Shown: positions 9,868 through 18,815 of the stretch, one piece after another | How positions within the stretch are numbered: the stretch's first letter is position 1 | Layout: every line of letters starts with the position of its first letter | From: Desulfobacterales bacterium | GTDB lineage: Bacteria; Desulfobacterota; Desulfobacteria; Desulfobacterales; UBA2174 | NCBI GenBank assembly: GCA_963668645.2 | Contig: CAXXWC010000021.1 | Span: 1,248,001-1,312,000, forward strand | Direction of reading: 5' to 3' | Length of the DNA stretch: 64,000 nucleotides | Notes under the pieces: generated by a model | Seen by the model: the letters and a program-made list of their open reading frames with translations, nothing else | Databases searched by the model: none | What the model was told of the DNA's origin: nothing | Made by a program: the position numbers and the translations under genes

Positions 9868-10140
9868 ATGAGCGAACTATCACCTATGGTCTTACAAGGC
9901 ACTATTGTGGGTATCACCAAGCGGCAGATCCGCCCCAGGCAAGGCGGGAAAAAATTCGATCCGTTCACCGTGTATACCTATTTCGTGGTGGGCGAAGGGA
10001 AACGAAGTCCAGTAGCAATCAGATCGACCGAAAACGGCCGGCAAGTTGGCGATGAAGTGGAGATCCCCTTTTACATCAAGCCCTGGCAGACCGAGAAGAG
10101 TTCAGGCTACGAGCTTCGGGAGGCAACGTCGCGAGATTGA
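9868..10140 (+). CDS. probable ssDNA-binding protein (pV-like)
   Basis: 90 aa, beta-rich, basic/aromatic, strong SD AAGGAGG; size and position typical of inovirus pV. Confidence 0.6.
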   Translation: MSELSPMVLQGTIVGITKRQIRPRQGGKKFDPFTVYTYFVVGEGKRSPVAIRSTENGRQVGDEVEIPFYIKPWQTEKSSGYELREATSRD

Positions 10141-10204
10141 CGAATCCGGACCGGATCGCATCTCCCCGGCGATTCGGTCTTTCTTCTTCGGGAAGGTCTT
10201 CGGG

Positions 10205-11815
10205 ATGAAAAAAGTAGTCGCCATGATGTGGTGGTTATGGGTCGTTTCGGTTATCTGCATGATAAAAGTGCCGTCAACGGAAGCAACCTGCGGGTGGAGA
10301 TATGTACGCTGGGAATATGAGGACGGTAGTTGTGTAAGTAATAACTGCGCGACGCATGATGAAACAATTTGTTATGATTACTGCACCGCATATGGGTATT
10401 GCTATGTGATTAGAACAACTACGCCACCGAGTACTGAAACACCGCACAACCCGAGATGTGAGGGGACAGACTTTCTCCATTGTGATGGAGAATCTTGCGT
10501 GTGTCTTGAGAATATGGGCGGGGAATATTCGGCGCCGCCTGCGTGGATGAGCTGTACAGAAGGTGAAGACTGTATAGATGAGGATGGAGATGGAATTAAC
10601 GATATTTACGAGCCGCAAGTCGTGCCGGACTTAGACCAAGATGGAATACCGGATGATTACGATTTTTACCCCGATGACCCTGATGAATATCAATGGCGGC
10701 CATTTGTAAAAATTAAAGATGGTGAAGGGGAGGTTATCGCCTATGGCCTCGAAACAGATAAAGGAGATAAATTCACGGTAGGTTCCAACAATTGGCCAGA
10801 AGATTATCAAGTACATATAATGATAGGTCAAGACTGGCAATCGGCAGCAAGTTATCAAAGTTGGTCCTCGTCTGGCAGTGCAAATCAAGGTGTAACAAAA
10901 GGCTTTTCCTGGGGTGGTTCATCCGGAGGATCAACAACCGGAGGTACAGGGTCAACCGGAGGGTCGACGACTGGGGGCTCGGGCTCGGGTTCGGGATCAC
11001 CGAGTGGCGGTCAGCCAGACAACGGCGGATACCCGACGATAGGGCAGCAGCCGGTAGAAGGCGATACGGATGGCCAGTTACTGGAGAAGATTGCAGAAAA
11101 CACAGCGTCCGGCACCAGCAATCAGGATCTGCTTTTGCAGGCGCAGCGCAAAGCGATAGAAAACCAGGTAGGAATTACGAACAACCAGCAATTGCAGTTG
11201 ACCGAGCAAAGAACCATTGCAAACAATACACAAGCAATTGCAAACAACCAAGGTGTTCTAAATCAAGAGATACAGAACATCACGAATAATACAGCGGCAG
11301 TAGCAGACAATCAAGGGGTGATCAAAAATGAGCTGCAAACGTCAAATAAAAAAGCGGACTTGTCGCTTACCTTGGATCAAACAAGAAATACGAAATTAGA
11401 TAATCAATCCAAGATTCTTGAAGATATCAAGGATGAGTTGGAAAAACCGGATGGATCATTCGAACACGGATCAACCGGAGAATATGAAGGAAATGATTAC
11501 AGTCAATCGGAGGATTTAGAAATCCAAACCAAGCTGGACGAACTTGGAACGTCTTATAGTGAACGATTCGAAGAATTCATTGAAAATCTTAAAGGTTCAT
11601 CTTTCTTAAGCGCTCAGCTTGAATATTTTAAAAATCTTCCATCGAGTTCGGATTCAATAATAGAAGTAAATATCGGGAAATGGGGCAACGAAAGCCAGCA
11701 AAAAGCAACCATTGACATGACAGCCTATGCCGATAGCTTTCAAATCATGAAAACCATTTTGATGGTGGTGTGCGGATTTTTCTGCATTCGGATCATATTA
11801 CTGAAAAAGGGTTGA
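10205..11815 (+). CDS. pIII-like attachment protein
   Basis: signal peptide MKKVVAMM, Cys-rich N-domain, Gly/Ser linker, coiled repeats, C-terminal TM + KKG; precedes pVI and Zot. Confidence 0.8.
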   Translation: MKKVVAMMWWLWVVSVICMIKVPSTEATCGWRYVRWEYEDGSCVSNNCATHDETICYDYCTAYGYCYVIRTTTPPSTETPHNPRCEGTDFLHCDGESCVCLENMGGEYSAPPAWMSCTEGEDCIDEDGDGINDIYEPQVVPDLDQDGIPDDYDFYPDDPDEYQWRPFVKIKDGEGEVIAYGLETDKGDKFTVGSNNWPEDYQVHIMIGQDWQSAASYQSWSSSGSANQGVTKGFSWGGSSGGSTTGGTGSTGGSTTGGSGSGSGSPSGGQPDNGGYPTIGQQPVEGDTDGQLLEKIAENTASGTSNQDLLLQAQRKAIENQVGITNNQQLQLTEQRTIANNTQAIANNQGVLNQEIQNITNNTAAVADNQGVIKNELQTSNKKADLSLTLDQTRNTKLDNQSKILEDIKDELEKPDGSFEHGSTGEYEGNDYSQSEDLEIQTKLDELGTSYSERFEEFIENLKGSSFLSAQLEYFKNLPSSSDSIIEVNIGKWGNESQQKATIDMTAYADSFQIMKTILMVVCGFFCIRIILLKKG

Positions 11816-11818
11816 TTC

Positions 11819-12178
11819 ATGGATTGGATAAACTTCGATTTTAGCCAGATGCTCGATAAGATCCATTCATTCCTGGATCAGTTCTTCAATCAGGTAAAGG
11901 ATCTTGCTGACTGGTTCATAGCTCAGGTCATATATCTTCTGGGAAAAATGCTTTACACGATTTACTCTATCTTTCTCTTGCTCGTAGAAAGCATCGTCAA
12001 TGGAATCTCCTTTGTTGGAAGCACGGCAATCGATTTTGCGCAATGGGCAAACCTTCCCCCTGAGGTAATCTGGATGATGCATCAAATAGGATTGCCCCAA
12101 TGTCTTTCCATGATTGCGGCGGCCATCATGATTCGAGTAACTTTGAATTTGATTCCAGGGGTCCTGACGCGGATATGA
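11819..12178 (+). CDS. pVI-like minor coat protein (DUF2523-like)
   Basis: 119 aa hydrophobic, ends GLPQCLSMIAAAIMIRVTLNLIP; between pIII and Zot. Confidence 0.8.
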   Translation: MDWINFDFSQMLDKIHSFLDQFFNQVKDLADWFIAQVIYLLGKMLYTIYSIFLLLVESIVNGISFVGSTAIDFAQWANLPPEVIWMMHQIGLPQCLSMIAAAIMIRVTLNLIPGVLTRI

Positions 12179-13107
12179 TCATTTTCTACATAGGCGGAAC
12201 CGGCTGCGGGAAATCCTATTATGCCGTCAAGAAGATGATGGAACTTTTACGTACAGGCCGGAGGATCTACACGAACATGGACGGATTTGATGATCCTCAA
12301 TGCCGTGAATGGATTTCCCAATATACGCAAGTTCCATTGGACGTGCTGCATGAACAATTAGTCTATATCCCCCCGCGCAAAGTCCGTAGCTTTTGGGAAG
12401 ATGTGGAACCCGGATCGGTGATCAATATAGATGAGATTCATAAATGGTATCATGCCCGGGACTGGAACACGTCGGAAAACAAAAATTTCGGCATCTGGGC
12501 ATCCGAGCATCGAAAGGCCGGCTACGATCTACTCTTGATCACCCAGAATATAAGCAAGTGTGAAAAGACCGTCCGGGAGCTGGCCACCTTCACGTACATG
12601 TTTAAGAAGCTGAATATGTTCGGAAGGATGGGAGAGAAAAAGTTCATGATGCGGGCCTATCTGGAAGACGACACCCTGAGCACTCCCATCATGACCCGTT
12701 TCCATAACTACGATCCGGCTGTTTATCAGTGTTACAAGTCCTACATCAATAAAGACATTAAGGAAGAGGGGCTTTTAGAGACTATGAACGTTTTCAAGAA
12801 GCCGATTTTTATTGCGATTCCACTTATGATCGCCATCAGCCTTTACTTTGCAAGCAAATCCGGTTTCCTAAACGGAGGAAACCCGATCGAAGCGGCCCAG
12901 GCCAGAACGGAACAAATCAAGAATGAAAAAAGAGTGTCAATGGCCAAGGACAACCCGCCCGTTCCGCAGATTGCAAGGGAAAAAGCTTCGCCGGCGAAAG
13001 AGGAAGAAAAGGAAGTTTACCAACTCATTGCCACTGTCAACGGTATTGAATATTTAAGAAACATGGAAACAGGGAACATCGTTCGGCGGCAACAAGGCCG
13101 GCCGTAG
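12175..13107 (+). CDS. zot: Zot/pI morphogenesis ATPase
   Basis: Walker A GGTGCGKS, IYTN, Walker B IDEIH, HRKAGYDLLLITQ, downstream TM; ATGA overlap with pVI. Confidence 0.92.
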   Translation: MIIFYIGGTGCGKSYYAVKKMMELLRTGRRIYTNMDGFDDPQCREWISQYTQVPLDVLHEQLVYIPPRKVRSFWEDVEPGSVINIDEIHKWYHARDWNTSENKNFGIWASEHRKAGYDLLLITQNISKCEKTVRELATFTYMFKKLNMFGRMGEKKFMMRAYLEDDTLSTPIMTRFHNYDPAVYQCYKSYINKDIKEEGLLETMNVFKKPIFIAIPLMIAISLYFASKSGFLNGGNPIEAAQARTEQIKNEKRVSMAKDNPPVPQIAREKASPAKEEEKEVYQLIATVNGIEYLRNMETGNIVRRQQGRP

Positions 13108-13149
13108 GCGAAGCCCGGCGGCCATGTTGCCGCCGAACGGGAGCCGATT

Positions 13150-14424
13150 ATGGAATTGAAAAAAATCATGCTACTGACCTTGATTCTTGCGGGCTGTGCC
13201 TTGCCTGAAAAGTCCATGCCGAAACTGCCTTTTGAGCCCATGGAGTTTACCGAGAAGACTTTTACCATAAGCGAGATTGTCCATATTGAGGATTACCTTG
13301 CCAGGATTCCGGACCGGCAAGTAGACATAGACGTTCACAACACCCTTAAGCTACGCGATTTCATTAGCGTGCTCACTGCTGCCGGCATCAACATCATTGC
13401 AAACATATCTCCGGAAACCGAAATCACCGTGCCCAAGTACAGCGGAGACATAAAGCCGCTTTTAAAGGGGATTCAGGAAAGCCATGGCCTGCACTTCTAT
13501 TTTTCCAACAACACCCTTTCAATCCGGGAAAAGCTGCCGGTATCAGTGCTGGTGCTTTTCCCCGAGACCAAAGAGAACGTCATAGCCCTTGTACAGTCCT
13601 TCGGCGTCGAGAATCCTTTTTACGATGCGTCCACGTCCCGGGTGGTGTTCGAGTCCGATTACATCACCTACATGCGGATCAAGGACTATTTCGCCGCTGC
13701 TCACACGCTGAACTTCGTGGTCATGGACGTGGTGATAATCGAGACTGACGAGACCGAATCAATTGAAAGCGGCATAGACTTAAAGACCCTGGCGGCCTCC
13801 ATGGGGGCCATCGGGTTGAAAGACCTGGCCCAGGTGGCAGGGCTCACCGATGGGGGATTCTTGCTCAAGCTGCAAGGGCACAATGTCGACCTTCAGGCGG
13901 CCATCAAGTATTTCCAGGACAAGGGGCATTATCGAATCATTCAAAACGCCCGGCTGTCGACCATCAACGGCCACCAGGCGGTGTTGGATATTTCGGATAA
14001 GATTCCATACGTCGATTCCATTCAAATAACCTCCTTGTCCGATAACGCGGAGAACGTTCAAGCCTATACCTTTGCCTCTGTATCCTCGGGTCTGGTCCTG
14101 ACCGTGACGCCAATTGTTCATCCGGGAATTATTGCCATCAGCTTTGATTGCCGTCTTCAGAACGTCAAGGACTTCCTGCAGGTGGGACCGGCGGACCAGC
14201 AGATATCGAGGCCGGTTACTTCTGTACGATCGATAAAATCAACCATAGGCGTGACGCCCGGGGAAATCGTCATCGTTGGCGGTTTGAAATATCAAGGCGT
14301 CAGCCGGGCGAGTCATACACTTATAAAGCCGCAGATCGGGAGCGAGTCTTTAGAATCTTCCATCTTACATCTGTCGATAGTTCTGCGGGCCTCGATTGTT
14401 TCCGTCCACATAGAAAGGGGGTGA
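13150..14424 (+). CDS. secretin (pIV-like), lipoprotein signal
   Basis: LILAGC lipobox; secretin C-domain motifs STINGHQAVL, IPY, SGLVLTVTP, GEIVIVGGL. Confidence 0.82.
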   Translation: MELKKIMLLTLILAGCALPEKSMPKLPFEPMEFTEKTFTISEIVHIEDYLARIPDRQVDIDVHNTLKLRDFISVLTAAGINIIANISPETEITVPKYSGDIKPLLKGIQESHGLHFYFSNNTLSIREKLPVSVLVLFPETKENVIALVQSFGVENPFYDASTSRVVFESDYITYMRIKDYFAAAHTLNFVVMDVVIIETDETESIESGIDLKTLAASMGAIGLKDLAQVAGLTDGGFLLKLQGHNVDLQAAIKYFQDKGHYRIIQNARLSTINGHQAVLDISDKIPYVDSIQITSLSDNAENVQAYTFASVSSGLVLTVTPIVHPGIIAISFDCRLQNVKDFLQVGPADQQISRPVTSVRSIKSTIGVTPGEIVIVGGLKYQGVSRASHTLIKPQIGSESLESSILHLSIVLRASIVSVHIERG

Positions 14425-14428
14425 TGCA

Positions 14429-14563
14429 ATGGAGTGGACACCTTTAATTAGCTCCGCGATGTTTACCGGAGTTACGGCAGATGTGAACATGGCGGCAGCA
14501 GGGGTCATTACCATAGCCATGATCATTTTGGGTGTGGGACTGCTGCTTAAAATCCTGAGCTAA
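14429..14563 (+). CDS. coat-like peptide 1 (44 aa), not in ORF track
   Basis: MEWTPLISSAMFTGVTADVNMAAAGVITIAMIILGVGLLLKILS; SD GAAAGGGGG; amphipathic N-part + single TM. Confidence 0.72.
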   Translation: MEWTPLISSAMFTGVTADVNMAAAGVITIAMIILGVGLLLKILS

Positions 14564-14596
14564 CCAACCATCATCAATCAAAAAGGAGAATTTGTC

Positions 14597-14749
14597 ATGA
14601 CCATGTCCCTTACCGATGTTTTGGCGGCCGCTTCCATCGATTCCTTGGGTGATGCCGTTATCGCCCTGGTGATCACCTTCCTGACCATTCGGCTGGCCAT
14701 GGCTGGCGGAGCTTACGTGCTGCGCATGCTGCCCCGGTTCCGCGGCTAA
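14597..14749 (+). CDS. probable major coat protein pVIII-like (50 aa), not in ORF track
   Basis: MTMSLTDVLAAASIDSLGDAVIALVITFLTIRLAMAGGAYVLRMLPRFRG: acidic N, TM, basic C; SD AAGGAG; followed by hairpins. Confidence 0.75.
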   Translation: MTMSLTDVLAAASIDSLGDAVIALVITFLTIRLAMAGGAYVLRMLPRFRG

Positions 14750-14755
14750 TCAACC

Positions 14756-14825
14756 GGGAGGGATGCCACAGGGCACCCCTCCCGCCACTGTGAAACCAGG
14801 GAAGGGGGCGCACTCCCCCTTCCCT
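14756..14825. terminator. two tandem GC-rich hairpins after coat genes
   Basis: GGGAGGGATGCC-acag-GGCACCCCTCCC and AGGGAAGGGGG-cgcact-CCCCCTTCCCT; no strong U-tract. Confidence 0.5.
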
Positions 14826-14840
14826 TACCAAGGTAATACC

Positions 14841-15194
14841 ATGGCCGACTTTACCAGCACAAGAACTGCGGCGGAAATGCTTCAGGATGCGGTGTGGGAT
14901 GTTGTTGACAACCTGCTATCCGGCTTTGTGTCGAATGACTTGATGATCGTTGTAACGTTCATTCTTTCTCTTGAGATAATTGTCGTGGCGGTTACTTGGA
15001 TATATCGGATTTTGACAAGAATCCCCGAGGAAAGAGAAGCCCGAAATGCTTTCAAGGCTTACATGTATAGCAAAGGCAAATTCGATGAACCCATTATGAA
15101 AAGAAGATACGAAGAAAGTCTTGCAGATTATGAAATAGAGGGTTTTAGAAGACATCATGGCGACGGACCTATAAAGGTAGAAATAAGGTCTTAA
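14841..15194 (+). CDS. phage membrane protein (117 aa, one TM)
   Basis: ATG 14841 after AAGGT; acidic N-part, TM, charged C-tail. Confidence 0.65.
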   Translation: MADFTSTRTAAEMLQDAVWDVVDNLLSGFVSNDLMIVVTFILSLEIIVVAVTWIYRILTRIPEEREARNAFKAYMYSKGKFDEPIMKRRYEESLADYEIEGFRRHHGDGPIKVEIRS

Positions 15195-15197
15195 ACA

Positions 15198-15320
15198 ATG
15201 TTTGAATTCAGCTTTGAATATTTCGGTTTCGGGGCCTCCCTGGTAATCGTCTGCTACCTGGTTGGGCTGTCCATTGGCATTATCATTCGAGTTTTAAGGG
15301 ATTTCGGCAATCATGCGTAG
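15198..15320 (+). CDS. minor coat pIX-like peptide (40 aa), not in ORF track
   Basis: MFEFSFEYFGFGASLVIVCYLVGLSIGIIIRVLRDFGNHA; tightly packed between neighbours. Confidence 0.65.
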   Translation: MFEFSFEYFGFGASLVIVCYLVGLSIGIIIRVLRDFGNHA

Positions 15321-15717
15321 AGTGATTACGACAACGATTTTCATTCTGATCATGCTGGCCCCCGAGGTTTTCTCATCGGACTATTCAAATATCTATATTC
15401 ACGACATGACCACCCATGAAGACGGGTCCTTGTTGCTCGATCTGGAAGACGTAAACGGCTCGATCATCTATCAAGGCGCGACAATCGCCTATTCCAATAG
15501 CAGTAGCCCCCTGCGGGATCTGGCAAGGGAGGCCTTGGACGGTCAGAAGCGAATCAGCTTGATACAGATTACAAACGATCCTTACATATCCTCGATCAAA
15601 TTGGATGCCACAGAATCAAGTGAAAAAAACCTGATGGATCAGTTATCGCTATTGGCAAGCTTTTTTGTTGGGATCTTGGCTATTACTGCCTTTATATGGG
15701 GGTTAAACTGGCGCTGA
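15313..15717 (+). CDS. phage protein with signal peptide and C-terminal TM (134 aa)
   Basis: MRRVITTTIFILIMLA signal; ends LASFFVGILAITAFIWGLNWR. Confidence 0.68.
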   Translation: MRRVITTTIFILIMLAPEVFSSDYSNIYIHDMTTHEDGSLLLDLEDVNGSIIYQGATIAYSNSSSPLRDLAREALDGQKRISLIQITNDPYISSIKLDATESSEKNLMDQLSLLASFFVGILAITAFIWGLNWR

Positions 15718-15851
15718 TGTTCTACTTACCTGCTGACTTCGATCTGGCTGCATTCGTGTCCCCGCTGTACGCAATAGGTGTAGTCTTGGTTACAATTGTC
15801 TTGTGCGTTACCGCCGGGCTCTATCTGGACAAGATTATCAAGAAATTCTAA
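15717..15851 (+). CDS. coat-like peptide (44 aa), not in ORF track
   Basis: MFYLPADFDLAAFVSPLYAIGVVLVTIVLCVTAGLYLDKIIKKF; TGATG and TAATG overlaps with neighbours. Confidence 0.68.
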   Translation: MFYLPADFDLAAFVSPLYAIGVVLVTIVLCVTAGLYLDKIIKKF

Positions 15852-16165
15852 TGGGGGATGAAATGATTTTTGAATGCCCGACATGCAAACGAAAATCGGA
15901 AGTATCTCCGGGATCAACGTTACGATGTGCATGTGGCAGACAGTGGCTTATTCAACAGGATTTCACTCCCTACATAACCATTTTCAGAGACATCGAAGGC
16001 TGGCAAAGCTGTTTAATGCTCAGAGACCCGCAGACCAATGAGATGAGGAGATATGAGATAGGTTACGGTCCCTACGGTCATTCCAAAGAAGCTAAACAGA
16101 TGGCAATCAGAGACGCCCTTCTGTGGGCATTTGGAGAAAATCTTGAGTATAGGGACCCGAAGTAG
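15851..16165 (+). CDS. Zn-ribbon phage protein
   Basis: ECPTC...RCACG; ATG overlaps previous stop (alternative start 15863). Confidence 0.55.
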   Translation: MGDEMIFECPTCKRKSEVSPGSTLRCACGRQWLIQQDFTPYITIFRDIEGWQSCLMLRDPQTNEMRRYEIGYGPYGHSKEAKQMAIRDALLWAFGENLEYRDPK

Positions 16166-16500
16166 TTTTACTGACCATTCCTGGCGGCAGCTATTGCTTT
16201 CAGACCGATAAAAGGCCTTCCGGACGGCCATTGGGCGGCGCCCTCTCCCCCATCCCCGGGCGTGCGATTAAAATCAACAAATCATGTAGGTTGGAACTAC
16301 AATTTTTGTAGTTATTACATATAGTTCCGGCAATTCGAGCGCCCTTAAAAGTCATAAATATGTGCGATAGGTTCAAAATTCCAGGTTGTGTGTCTTCCCA
16401 GGTGCTGCCATCTCGGGCTGGCGATGAGTCCCAGCAGGATCTCGGGGGCAGTTCGGACTACGAGGAGCCCCAAGGGGGCAGGGTCAGCGATGAAGTCCGG

Positions 16501-16677
16501 ATGCCGTTACATCAATGGATATCTGTAAGAGATAGAAACCCGGAAAAGTATGGTGAGTATTTGGGAAGCACGCGAGCCCGGCCGAAGGGGTGGGTTTTTA
16601 TATATGCTCGTGTGGGTTGGATATGTTCCGATGATTATCCCGTTACTCACTGGATGCTGTTACCAGATCCACCATGA
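16501..16677 (+). CDS. DUF551-like phage protein (58 aa)
   Basis: WISVRDRNP...VTHWMLLPDPP signature; start uncertain. Confidence 0.65.
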   Translation: MPLHQWISVRDRNPEKYGEYLGSTRARPKGWVFIYARVGWICSDDYPVTHWMLLPDPP

Positions 16678-16752
16678 ACCACGGCAGGACCTTGTGGCCG
16701 ACCTGGCAGACGATGAATCCCCCGGGCCCCTGGCGGCGATTGGCCAAGAGCA

Positions 16753-16869
16753 GACACCGGTCAGCAACGCGACCGCGTCCGGTAGGCTCGAATGCGGGGA
16801 AAAAAGAAAGGAGGGATACTAATAATGACACCGGCCAGCAACGCGGCCGCGCCCGGTAGGCTCGAATGC
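16753..16869 (+). repeat. 43-bp direct repeat, two copies 74 bp apart (40/43 identical)
   Basis: GACACCGG(T/C)CAGCAACGCG(A/G)CCGCG(T/C)CCGGTAGGCTCGAATGC at 16753 and 16827. Confidence 0.9.
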
Positions 16870-17013
16870 AATGGAACAAAATGGCAGCTTTTTCCCTTTC
16901 CCCTTCACCTGGTCCCCAGGGGAAGGGAAAAAGCGTCCCGGATCGAAGCAAAAGACGGGACCAGAAAGCGGACTCTCAGGCGCAGCGATGCCGGGGCCGT
17001 GACAAGGCTGTAG
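16825..17013 (+). CDS. possible small protein (62 aa)
   Basis: strong SD AAAGGAGGG before ATG 16825; lies in a hairpin-rich region. Confidence 0.3.
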   Translation: MTPASNAAAPGRLECNGTKWQLFPFPLHLVPRGREKASRIEAKDGTRKRTLRRSDAGAVTRL

Positions 17014-17114
17014 GGAGGAACGACCGGAAGCCTTGGCGCGGCCCTGGCTTAGCGGAGCCTGCGGTCGACTGATTTGCTTGAACCTATTACGGACTTTGAC
17101 GTGTGGAACGCACG

Positions 17115-17240
17115 CGAGGAGGGGGGGCCAGTTCCCGGTGCAGGGAGTCGTGGACCCTATAGCTATGGGATGCAAATCTGGCGCCCGGAAAAATTTCGAA
17201 GCCCCAGGTTGTCGCCGGGGGGACTGGCCCCCCCTCCTCG
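17115..17240. repeat. 18-bp perfect inverted repeat enclosing about 90 nt, upstream of rep
   Basis: CGAGGAGGGGGGGCCAGT (17115-17132) / ACTGGCCCCCCCTCCTCG (17223-17240). Confidence 0.85.
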
Positions 17241-17272
17241 TCTTTATTCTTTTCTCTTAAGGCAGGGATTTT

Positions 17273-17467
17273 ATGGACAACGGCGAGTTTCCAGCGAGTG
17301 AGATCGATTTCGAGGAACTGTTGTTACCTGGTGACTGGTTGACGTGCCGGTTTCGTGCTCGAGTGCGGAGCACTGGCCAGCGCATTTGCTTACGACGTTT
17401 AGGAGCTGGCGTTTTAAAGCGATGCGACGATTTGAGCTACAGCGAATGCATGGAAATTCCCTTTTGA
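17273..17467 (+). CDS. hypothetical phage protein (64 aa)
   Basis: ATG ORF directly upstream of rep, weak SD. Confidence 0.4.
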   Translation: MDNGEFPASEIDFEELLLPGDWLTCRFRARVRSTGQRICLRRLGAGVLKRCDDLSYSECMEIPF

Positions 17468-17482
17468 TTGCGGAGGTGATGC

Positions 17483-18754
17483 ATGGACAGGCCGGATGAG
17501 GAAAAAGGGTGGCGAACGTCTCTCAGCCACCCTTCAAAAGTAGATTTTGGGCAGTTATCAGATGGGACCAGGCTGCTGGCAAATGGCGTCGATACATTGG
17601 TAATCGGCATCGATGTCATATGGAAGGATGGGCGGTTCTTCAAATATCTGACGGAAAAAAAGGAGCAAGCCAGGGCAGAGGACAAGGATATCGAGATCGA
17701 ATTGACGGATCATCGAGACGTAGATGCCTTCCGTGGTGTCATGAAGCCTTTCGGGATGCGCGGCTATGAATGGGTCATCGTTGGCAAGGAATACAGCTTT
17801 CACATAGGCAACTGGAACGAGCTGAAGTCTATGCCCTCGATCAGGGTCGAAATCCGGTCTGAGGCTCTTTGGCACATAGGCCCCCGTGAAGCGGTCAACA
17901 GGGTAATATCCTTCATTGACGGTGCAGGCGGAAAAATCCACAGAACCAAGGCGTCACGTGTAGATCTGTGCGTGGACCTGCTTTTTCCTTCCGAGGCTTG
18001 GACGCCCGATCTTGCCCTTTACCGATCCACCTACGCCCGGAAATCGGCCATTTATCTATCAAATACCGATCTCGAAGGGATCACCGTCGGCCGAGGCGAG
18101 ATCCAGGCAAGGCTGTATGACAAGCCGATGGAGATCAAGGAAAAGGGGCAAAAGGAATGGATGTTCGACCTCTGGAAGCTGAAAGAGGTCCCGAAGGGAT
18201 TCAAGGTCATTCGGACAGAATTTCAGATCCGCCGGGAGGTCCTTCGAGAACTGGGGATTGATTCGGTTGAAGACATGTTTCAGGCCCTGGGGAATATGTG
18301 GGCCTACTGTACCGAGAAATGGCTGAAGTTCCAAGACAACCCCGGGGGCCACCACACCCAGCGGACCACCTTCGAGTGGTGGACCCTGATTCAAAGGGCT
18401 TTCGATGGGGAGAAAGGTACCGGCCAACCTGGTCCGGTACCGCTGATCCGCTGCAAAGCCTTATGCACTGAGGAAAAAAAACATTACACACAGACCTATG
18501 GGTGTTTCACCTCCTTCCTGGCTGCCTCACTCGAAAAGGACGAAGAGGACGACGAAGCCACCTTTTTCAAGGGGATCAACCGATTCATCGAACTGACCCG
18601 GAGCCTTGAGAAATCCGGAGCATGTTTCCGGGAGGCCCTGGCCGAGAAGCGGACCAAGATAGACCGCGCCCAGACCAAGATCCTGCAGACCGTCGCCCTT
18701 CGCCTCCGCCTGGGGATCCCAAATAACTTGGCTTTCGTTCACTTGACGCAATGA
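17483..18754 (+). CDS. rolling-circle replication initiator (Rep_trans-like)
   Basis: GVDTL, SRVDLCVD, ARLYDK, IRTEFQ motifs; SD GGAGGT. Confidence 0.78.
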   Translation: MDRPDEEKGWRTSLSHPSKVDFGQLSDGTRLLANGVDTLVIGIDVIWKDGRFFKYLTEKKEQARAEDKDIEIELTDHRDVDAFRGVMKPFGMRGYEWVIVGKEYSFHIGNWNELKSMPSIRVEIRSEALWHIGPREAVNRVISFIDGAGGKIHRTKASRVDLCVDLLFPSEAWTPDLALYRSTYARKSAIYLSNTDLEGITVGRGEIQARLYDKPMEIKEKGQKEWMFDLWKLKEVPKGFKVIRTEFQIRREVLRELGIDSVEDMFQALGNMWAYCTEKWLKFQDNPGGHHTQRTTFEWWTLIQRAFDGEKGTGQPGPVPLIRCKALCTEEKKHYTQTYGCFTSFLAASLEKDEEDDEATFFKGINRFIELTRSLEKSGACFREALAEKRTKIDRAQTKILQTVALRLRLGIPNNLAFVHLTQ

Positions 18755-18815
18755 TTGGGAACATTTGACACCGTTGTGTGCATATAGTACAAGCCCTCGT
18801 ATCCAGGGGGTATGC

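Noticed and set aside
16290..16330. dif-like XerCD site
   Set aside because: No convincing match to XerC/XerD arms, and the element has its own integrase and tRNA att.
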